This document shows, piece by piece, positions 54,691 to 64,000 of a stretch of DNA of 64,000 bases. The notes beneath the pieces are model-generated. The model made no database searches. It was not told the origin of the DNA and saw nothing but the letters and a program-made list of their open reading frames with translations. Made by a program: the position numbers and the translations under genes. The stretch lies in contig OZ024740.1 of assembly GCA_964016885.1 (NCBI GenBank), positions 107,384,001-107,448,000 on the forward strand, given 5' to 3'. Source of the stretch: Eledone cirrhosa (Eukaryota). Each line of letters starts with the position of its first letter. Position 1 is the first letter of the stretch.

Positions 54691-55701
54691 AATTCAGGTC
54701 AGCATTTAACAGTTCTTCTTCTCTACTTATTCCTGCAAGGGTTGTGGCAGCAGAGTCCTCAGACACTCCTTCCAGCAGGTCCTGTCAGAAGCAACTGTCT
54801 CCAACTGGTCCGGCTGGTTCTCCAAGTGAGATCAACCAAGCTCATGGATGTTATCCAACCATCTTGCTTGGAGTCTGCTCCTGGGTGTCTTGTCGGTTGG
54901 TTTTGCCCATAAAATCTGACCCTTTAAATGAACCTCCATTTCAGCCGCTTGTATTCATGATCGTATTCTTTTGGTCCTTAATCAAGATTCATGACCATAG
55001 GTAAGGGTTAGCATGAATACCAAATTGAAGATAGCCAGTTTATCTTTTACGCCTACCCCCTTTCTTCTGGTTACCAAATGCTGAAGCTAGCACTTTACTG
55101 TACCTGCACAGGCTTCCTTGAGAAGACAAGTGTCTCAGTTTTCATAGCACTGATTTTCATTCCAGCCATGTAGCACTCAGATTCAAACTTATCGAGTGCA
55201 AGTCAGAGATCACCTTCTGTTGAGTTAAGTAATACCATATAATCTATGAATTCCAGCCAACTGATTTTACACCTGCCTGTCATGATACCACTTCCAACCC
55301 GGGTGTGCATGTCAATCCTGTTCATGTAAATAATGAACAGAAGAGGTGACAATATGCAGCCTTGGCAGAGCCCGACTCCCACATTGAATAGTTTTGATTT
55401 ACACCATTTATCCGAACACAAATACTCAGGCATTCATATAGAGACATCATAGCAATGATTGCCTATCCCAAGACTCCAATGAGGGTCCAGAAGGGAGCAT
55501 ACCTTGACAATTGAAACATAGTTGTTAAAAAGAAAATTATTTTCCTGTTAATGTATTTATTAAGTGTAAATTGGCTTAGTAATTTTTAAAGAATATGCTA
55601 AAACCAATTATTTAAAATGTTTTGTTTGTGAAATATTCCCAAAATTTGCTATTAGGATCTGAAATTAATCTAATTTTTTTTAATATATATTTCTTATTTA
55701 G

Positions 55702-55784
55702 GAAACCTGGTGAGAAATTCCAATCTGTAGGAATGAAGACAGAGAAGAAAAATGATAGGATTTCAAATAGAGGACCAGATATAG
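55702..55784 (+). CDS. STK31: STK31-like exon 4 (linker KPGEKFQSVGMKTEKKNDRISNRGPDI)
   Basis: ttcttatttag acceptor, GTAAAT donor, open in the required phase. Confidence 0.7.
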
Positions 55785-56562
55785 GTAAATAGATTTGATA
55801 CTCTCTTCTAGATTCAAGTACTATGGAATATATTTGTATCTTCTCTATCCTGTAACTCCTGTTGTATTATAAATTACTAGTGAACCAGTGCTGTCAACAA
55901 TGACAGATGTAATGTTGAACATATTTGATTTTTAGAGTCCAGGATTGGTATACCATATATATACCAGGATTACAGGACAATCATACAAACTGGGAAATTT
56001 GTCTTTTGATAAATTAATGGTTTGCTTATATAGTTTATATTGATTGCTGACACTTGGAAGTGATTAAAAATAAGAATATTTTAATAATATATCTCTAGGA
56101 TACAATTACATAAATGTTCAGCTTATATGTAAAAATGACATTTAGGATTAACTGTGTAACTTTGGAGAAATAATTATTTACAGGGACAAATGTAACCCAG
56201 GACGTTTTAATTGTAAAATAAACTTCTAGCAATATGATTGAGATAGGAAGTGTATTGTGTGTATGTGTGTGTAAATTATGAAGTTACAGATGGAGATATA
56301 TATAAATATACAAACTCACATGGTGTATTATGGTTGATAGGAAAAATATAATTTATGATTTTTTTCCTCCTCCTTTATTGTAATATTTAATCTTTCATAA
56401 TTTATGTTTGTCTCTTGTCTCTTCCAGCTAATGTTTAGCTCATCTTTTCTGATTCCATCTATTTTATGTTATTTTTCTTCTACTGTTTGGTTTAATTTGT
56501 TTGATAAGTGACTCTGAGACTGTTGAAACTAAAGCAATTACGTTGTGAAAGACTTATTTTAG

Positions 56563-56624
56563 ACATTGACTGGGTTGCAAGCAGTGCAATAAAAAGTTTG
56601 ACACCAGGAAATGATAAATGTAAA
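56563..56624 (+). CDS. STK31: STK31-like candidate exon 5 (DIDWVASSAIKSLTPGNDKCK)
   Basis: ttattttag acceptor and GTGAAT donor; 62 nt converts phase 1 to phase 0, as needed to join exons 4 and 6. Confidence 0.55.
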
Positions 56625-57035
56625 GTGAATTTAAGTTTTATTGTATTTTTGAAAGACTAAAATGACTCTTCCATGATGTAATTGTGTATAATTTATAAAG
56701 TTCTTCAGTATATCAATAAAATGTTGTTGAATTTGTCTACTAAAGGGAAATTTCCTCAAGCCCTGCTGTTTGCTTCTCAACATTTTCACTGAAGATATTT
56801 GCAAGCAGTTTTCTTGCATATCTTTATAGCTGCAACATTTTGATATTTATAACAATAGGTGCAGTGGTTAAGGAGTTTGCATCAGAACCTGATGGTTCTG
56901 AGTTCAGTCCCTTCACATAGCACCTTGGGCAAGTGTTTTCTTCCATAAACTCAAGTTGACCAATGTCTTGTGAGTGTGAAATTTGGTCAACGAAACTACA
57001 AAAGCCTGCTGTGTGTGTGTGTGTGTGTGTGTTTG

Positions 57036-57086
<51 letters not shown>

Positions 57087-59739
57087 TTATATTGTCATCA
57101 CCATTTAATGTCTATTTTCCATGCTTGCATAGGTTGGACAGCTGTCATGGGCGAAGGCTTGATTTCAACAGCTGGAAGCCCTTCCTAACACCAACCACTT
57201 TACAGCATGTACTGAGAGCATTTTATCATGACGCCAGCACTACCACTTTTACAGAGTGGACTGGTGCTTTTCATTGTGGCACCAACATTATCACAGGAAG
57301 CATTGGCAGGGATTGGAACTGAGGTACAGACATTGCACTGCAGGAGGGGGGAATCATGGTGGTGGCCTGGAAGTGAATGATATCTGACATATTGTTTGAG
57401 TGTGCCTGATTTCCCTTGATGGCTTAAAAGGGGTGTTTATATACTGCTTGGAGTAAGTGGGTGATGTTGGTCATTTTGGTGTGTACCAGTCTTCCCTTGT
57501 TTGGGAAAGTGTTGGTGGTGCAAGGGTTCAACAGCGGAGGAGGGAATCAGTCATGGTTCATTTTAACTTTCCATTGTAGCATGGGTTGGGCAAAGAGGTC
57601 AGGAGTATAGTAGCAGGCAAAGTCCTGAGAGTTATTTCATCTCTCTGCTTCTTCAGGTTTCGGGTGGAGAAGGGGATCAGGGACATGCGGGAGGGTGGGA
57701 CCTAAGTGTTGTTTCACTTCTCTGCTTCTTCGAGTTTAGGGTAGAGTGGGGTAGGTGGTTTGCCATCCTCTTTGTGTTGCTTCATTCCATTTGCATGGGA
57801 AGGTAATTCTCTGTATTATGAAATATCGCCAGTTTTCTTGATCCTGGGTCATCTCCTTGTGAGATTCATATTTATATGTGTGTGTGTGATTGTTTGTGTT
57901 TACATTTGTTCATACCCTGTAACTTATTGGTTTGGCAAAAAAGAATTTAAAAAAATAAGTACCAGAGTTTAAAAAGAGTATTGGGATTGATATAATTGAC
58001 TAAATTAAGGCTGTACCCCAGCACGGTCACATTCTAGTGACTGAAGCAAATAAAAGAATATAAGTAATATAATATAAACCAAAATGTTTGAGTTTAATTT
58101 ACTGTGTTGATAATTTTGATGAATACCAACAAATGTTTTAAGGCCCAGTCTTTCCTGTTGAATCCTTTATTTTTGTCATCCTCCTCTTCATCATCATCTT
58201 TTAATGTTGACTTACCCTGCTAGCAAAGGTTGGATGGGTTTTCACAGACTGTGTTAGTACTGAAGCAGGGCTACTGATCTCTCAGACAGGCTGAGGGTTC
58301 GCATCTTGCTTACATGTGGTTCTGGCTTCTACCAGTGCATTTTATTGTGGAACCAGCACTAGAGAGGTTATCAAGTCTTTCACACAATTAGAGTATCCTC
58401 CGAATCTTGTGTGGCAAGCTTTCTAATAGGTGGATGCCCTTCTTATCACAAACCACTTTACAGCGTGTACAGAATGTTTGTCGTGTAGACTACCAAAACT
58501 AGAGAGAATGTTGTGCCATTGACACAACTGAGGGGTCTTCTCAACCCTTTTAGGCATGGTTTCTACAGCAGGGTGCCCTTCCTGTTGCCAACCACCTTAC
58601 TGAGTGTGCCAGTGCATTTTCGTGGCACCATCACAAGAGAGGTTGTTGGCCATTGTCCCAACTGAAGAGCCCTCTCTGCTTAGTGGAGGCAGGAGATAGG
58701 TATGGTGTTATAGGTGTATAGCAGGGTGATGATTGATAGTATATGAGGAGAGGGAATGTAGTTGGGTGGGGTCTATAGTTCTGGTAGTGATAGTAGCTAA
58801 GGAGTGGTACTAGAGGTGGCATGGATGTAGGGGTGCAGTAGTAGTGAGGATAGATGGTGGGGAGTGCTAGAGAACGGACGGGGGAACCACAGGGGTGGGT
58901 CAAGTCCCTATTGTATGCATGTGGCTGGGTTTTCATCATGACAGCATGGTGCCAGCCTTCTAGATCCTTTGTCATCTAAGTTGTGAGGCTTAGTTTCTTA
59001 AGGTTGATCATAATTACCTTGCCCTAAGTCTTCCTGGGTCTGCCTATTTCACTATGCAGTTGCTTTCTTCTGTATATCCATACCAACGCAGTCTTCTCTT
59101 TTGCACACAACATCTGATTCTTCTTATACTGAGTATTTCTTTTAGTTCACTTATTCTATGTCGTTCATGTTTATCAATGCATCTTTTGTATAGTTCCATT
59201 TGAAGATCGACCAAATCGCCATGCAGGAAGCAATAGGCCAGATGGAAAGAGTCCACGTTGTAGCCAGTCTCCACTAGAAGATTCTGCAGATGTAAGGCTA
59301 ACATTTCCATATCATCATAATTGCATCCATTTTTCCATGCTGACATTGGATCGATGGGATATTTTGAGACAATGTTTTACTGCTGGATGTCTTTCCTGAT
59401 ACCCAGCCCTTTTAGTCATCTCTTACAACATTCAGGGATACGGTGTATCTATTCTTAAAAGTAGGATACACACAGCATGTTGTTAAATAATATGAAAAGT
59501 CGTTTCTTATTTAATTTAGATTCATTTCTTCAATTTTTCCATGTCAGCATGAAAAGAATGGTTTTGAAAATATTTCAGCTTGAAACAAATATTTAGGAGC
59601 TGGCTGCTCTTGGCACCACCACCATCATCATCATCATATGTCTGTTTTCTATGGTGTTAAAGACAAGAAAGATTGGAAAACCACACACTCATACATTCCA
59701 TATTTTGGCATGGTTTCGGTAGCTATCTTTCTTTATGCC

Positions 59740-59975
59740 CACCACTTTACAGGGTGTTCTGGGTGTATTTTATCCTGGTACCAGTACTACAACTTTACAG
59801 AATGTACTATGGGAATTTTATCCTGGCACAAGCACTACCACTTTAGAGTGTTCAGGGTAGATTTTATTGCACCACCAGCTATATCACTTACCAGAATGTT
59901 CTAGGTGCATGTGATTGTGGCACCAACACTATCACTTTATAGCGTATATTGGGTGCATTTTATCATGGAACCAAT
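59740..59975. repeat. ~48-bp tandem repeat derived from the SINE internal unit
   Basis: Repeated ACTTTACAG..TGT.CTGGGTGCATTTTATC.TGGCACCA. Confidence 0.7.
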
Positions 59976-59982
59976 GCAACTA

Positions 59983-60094
59983 CAGGGTGGTTCGAAAGTC
60001 ACTAGACCATTTCAATATAGCTGTTTTTAATTGAAAGAATTAAATGTAAAAAAATTATATTTTAAAATGGTCTAGTGACTTTTGGACAACCCTA
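59983..60094. mobile_element. Tc1/mariner-like MITE
   Basis: TA|CAGGGTGGTTCGAAAGTCACTAGACCATTT ... AAATGGTCTAGTGACTTTTGGACAACCCTA|TA. Confidence 0.8.
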
Positions 60095-60229
60095 TACTTT
60101 ACACAGTTTACTGGGGAGTATTTTATTTCACTTGTCAGTTAGAAGGAGCACAATTTGATTTTAGTTTTGTGAAGTCTGTCAAGTTAACAGTCTGTGTTTT
60201 TCTAATTTTTTCTTTCTATTTACTCCTAG

Positions 60230-60382
60230 GAAACTGTCTTAGTGAGTCATGTTGAAAACTGTAATGTTATATGGGTGCAAGTAGTGACTGAAGATGTACA
60301 GGAGAAACTGCTATATGTCACAAACCAATTAGCAGAAGTCTGTCCAAAAGCAAAGAAAGTTGACAAAATCCAGTTGAATAAG
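60230..60382 (+). CDS. STK31: STK31-like exon 6 (ETVLVSHVENCNVIWVQ...LAEVCPKAKKVDKIQLNK; extended Tudor N-part)
   Basis: Strong polypyrimidine acceptor, GTAGGA donor, 153 nt; resembles STK31 EDVVGSHIEDAVTFWAQ...LSEVCPQA (recalled). Confidence 0.9.
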
Positions 60383-62348
60383 GTAGGATTGAATTTTCTT
60401 TCTCTACATCAGATATTTAAGAGAAGTTGTATGGCCTAGTCGGTAGGATATTGAACTCCTAATCATAATGTCATCTGTTTGATTCTTGGACTGGGGTGGC
60501 ATGTTATGTTCTTGGGGAAGATGCTTTATTTTATGTTGTTCTTCATGATAGGACTGGGGTTCCTATCATTTAAATACCTGAGAAACCTCCTATGTGATGA
60601 ATGAAACCTTGTATGAGGCCAGCTAAACCTGCAAAGGTGTCCCTTTGTATTTGTTTTGGCTCTCTCTGTGTTCCGAGTTCAAATCCTGTTAATGTCAATT
60701 TTGACTTTCATCTTTTTAGGGTTGATAAAGAACCAGTCCAGGGGTTGTAGAGTAGTGCAATTGTTAAAGGGTTTGATAGGGTAATTTACAGTATCTGATC
60801 CAGTTCTGTGTGATCTAAGTTCAAATGCCATCTCCTTCTGCCAGGAGTTATGACTGAGCCATAGTATAGAAAGATCAATGGAAACAGTTTTCTTGATCTG
60901 GCCTGATGATTTGCTCCTTTTCATAATTACCGTATTTCCTGTCGTCAAAGACGCTTTGCCCTCAAGGACACACCCCAATATATATCTTTTTTTTTCCTCT
61001 TTTTTTTTTCATTTCTTTTTCTCTTTTTCTTTTTTTTTTCTTCACCTATTTATTCCCGAGAAGGTTGTGAGGTCAGAGTCCTCAAACACTCCTTCCAGTG
61101 TGACCTGTCAGAAACAACTGTCTCCAATTGATCTGGCTGGATTCCCAAGCGAGACCATCTGAGCTCATGGATGTTATCCAACCATGTTGCTCGGGGTCCA
61201 CCCTTGCATCTCCTCCTGCTTGGTTTTGCCTGTAAAATCTGCCCAGTGATTCTTTCCTGAAACATTCTAATCACATATTCATAGTATTGGAGTAGTAGTA
61301 GCTCTACCTGCAGCACCTTTCTGATCTCTGAGTTACGCACTCTATCAAGTAATGTTACTCCAAAAACCCTTCGGAAGAACCCCATTTCGGTCATCACCCA
61401 AGATTCGTGACCATAAGCAAGAGTTGGCACGAATACCGAATTAAAGATAACAAGTTTGGCTTTTACACCTACCTTCCTTCTGATTACTGTATGCTGAAGC
61501 TGGTGCAGTAATGCACCAGCTCCTGCAATTCTTGCACTTAATTCAGCCTCCTGCCTTTCATCACTCGTGAATACATCCCTGAGATACTGGAACATCTTTC
61601 AGTGTAACGCCACTCATATGTAGAGTGCACTGTGCGAGCTTCTTTGAGAGGACGAGTGTCTTGCTCTTCACAGCACTGATTTTCAGTGAATTTGGAGGCA
61701 TTTACTAAAATTATTATTTCACTATTGAGATGGTATTTGTAGCATAACTTAACAATAGGGTCTTAAGTTGGAAAATTTTAATTTGAATAGAAACCCTTTA
61801 AAATGGGTTGTTGTGTGTTGCATCTCACACATATGTAAATCTAGTTAGCCTTCTATGATATGCAACTTCATACGAGGTTTCTTGAGTGTTTTAATAATAG
61901 AGCCCCAATTATATAATGAAAAGACTACCTCCTGGGCTAGATGCTAGTCCATTATGGAGGTAAGCCCCCTGCTGCAGTTGATAGGCTTTTTTCAGCTGAA
62001 TGGACTGGAGCAACATAAAATGAAGCATCTTGCTGAAGGTCACAACCCATCGCTTGGTTCAGGAATCAAATCCTTGACTTTATAATTGTGAGTCCAACAC
62101 CCCAACCTCTAGGCCATGCACCTTTAATTGGTGGTTATATTTCATAGACACCGAGGTAGATTTGGGCTGGTTGGTTAATATTTTGTGGGTGGTGGTTTTT
62201 TTGATAGCAGATCAAATGTTTTTATAATGTGTCTAATAATGTGTGAATCTGCTTCAGAAATTCGTTTTTTTTAAATTTCTACATGAAACTCAGCCAGTTT
62301 TACTATTGTTTACTAAAGTCTAAATTCTGTTGATCCTTTTTGCTTCAG

Positions 62349-62429
62349 ATCTTTGCTGCCAAATTTTCCGAAGATCAACTTTGGTACCGGTGTATTATCA
62401 GAGAACAGCAACAACTTTTGTCTAGCAAG
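62349..62429 (+). CDS. STK31: STK31-like exon 7 (IFAAKFSEDQLWYRCIIREQQQLLSSK; Tudor core)
   Basis: FSEDQxWYRC Tudor motif as in STK31; AG/GTAAAT boundaries, 81 nt. Confidence 0.93.
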
Positions 62430-63343
62430 GTAAATGGATCTTTTTGAAGGTCACCATCATCATCATCATCATTTAACATCCACTTTCCGTTAGCAAAGGT
62501 TGGATAGGTTGTCAACTGACCAGCTTGGTACTGAAACAGAATTACTGATCCCTCAGATAAGCTGAGAGGCTGCATTTGGCTTACATACAATCCTATGCTC
62601 CACTAAGTACATATTATTGTGGCACCAAGACTAGAGAGATTATCATGTCTTTGACACAACTGAAGAGTCCTCCTGATCCCTGTCTTGTGTTAGTAAAATA
62701 ATTGTTTCTACTTTTTGACACAAGGCCAGCAATTACCCAGTGCATTACTGGTACTTTATTTTATCGACCCCGTAAGGATGAAAGGCAAAGTTAACCTCGG
62801 CGGGATTTGAACTCAGAATGGCAAAGCAGTAACTCTATGCGTCAAAGCATGGCATCCGACCCTCTACCGATACTGCCAATCCACCTTCTAAATTAAACTA
62901 TTATCAAGGGCCATACATTTGTATGGGTGAGGGAATAGTTGATTTACCCACCCTCTTTGTAGATTTGATACTTATTTTATCGACTCTAGGAGATGATAAA
63001 AGTTGACTTCTATAACATTTGAATTGACAGCATGAAAGAAATATAACTAAATATGCCAAGATATTGTGGCCATTGCTTTACCAATACTGCTACTCACTAA
63101 CATTTGTATGTATTATGTTAATGAGATGGTGCCATTAACATAATGTATAATATGTGTTCTGTTAATAGATTTTTAGCTTGTTATGGCTCCATTAGTTTGA
63201 AAAATAATGTTGAATGTATAAAATAGGAAACTCTAATATTAATTGATTTTGAATCTGAAATAGGTTCCAACAAATTCTTTTGTGTACTTGCATACTTTGT
63301 AAAAGTAAAATCCATTACTGCTATTTTTTTGTTACTATTTTAG

Positions 63344-63493
63344 GTTCGCGTATCGTTTGTTGACTATGGAAATGAAGAAGAGACTTGTGTAAATAATCTT
63401 GTTGAGGTTCCTGCAAATATTTGTGAATTTAAACCATTTGCTCGCAAAGTCATCTTGAACCTGACAAAATCTAAAAAGTACATGGATGAGAAA
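63344..63493 (+). CDS. STK31: STK31-like exon 8 (VRVSFVDYGNEEETCVNNLVEVPANICEFKPFARKVILNLTKSKKYMDEK; Tudor)
   Basis: FVDYGN Tudor aromatic-cage motif; AG/GTAAGT boundaries, 150 nt; gene continues past the window. Confidence 0.93.
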
Positions 63494-64000
63494 GTAAGTC
63501 ATATTTTAATCACTAATTTATGATATTTAGTAATAAAATCATGAAATATTTGGTAGTTAGGTGTTTGATAAGATAAACATGGCTGAGTAAGTTACAAAGT
63601 TCCCTTTGCAATCATGAAGGCCTGGGCTTGATCTCACTGCATGGCATCTTAGACAAGTGTCAACCCAAGCATTATGAGTGAAATTGGGTAGACAAAATCT
63701 GTGTAGAAACTGGTTGGATGCATTGTACCTGTAATTCAAAAGTTATTATGCCATACTGATTCTGCCTGTAAATTACTTTACAGGTACATGTGTCTGTGGA
63801 ATACTCAATCAATTACATGTTAAATTCATGAGTCAGACACCCGGTTGATTGAACGACTGAATGCTCATTATCAAAACCAAGACAGGTTCCATCGTTTGGT
63901 ATTGAAATATTTGATAATGTAACCATGAGGTATTGTATATACTTGCGTATAAGTCACACCTCCACTTTGCATACAATAATGCACCATATATTTTTAATTG

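Noticed and set aside
55881-55908. Alternative small STK31 linker exon
   Set aside because: Contains a stop in the phase required after exon 4; 56563-56624 fits instead.

Overview
Eukaryotic, AT-rich, repeat-dense animal DNA. The TA/CA microsatellites, RTE/CR1 LINEs and tRNA-type SINEs resemble a cephalopod (octopus-like) genome; this is an inference. Two spliced host genes diverge head-to-head, and the ORF track largely misses both. (1) A WDR89-like WD40 gene on the minus strand has 7 coding exons between 7823 and 20032 and probably continues left of the window. (2) An STK31/TDRD8-like Tudor gene on the plus strand has 8 coding exons between 37028 and 63493, continues to the right, and carries an N-terminal RRM. 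Introns and the ~16 kb spacer are filled with RTE, CR1 and CRE-like LINE fragments, SINEs, piggyBac/pogo/mariner-like MITEs and a small Helitron. The two most notable structures are a Penelope-like non-autonomous element with two inverted minimal hammerhead-ribozyme motifs carrying a U3-A8 covariant core (4811-5260), and two related non-coding LTR retroelements nested in opposite orientation (26250-31203) with tRNA-Trp PBS, non-CA ends and a ~1 kb inverted repeat. Exon and element boundaries were read by eye; TE edges are approximate unless termini are stated.
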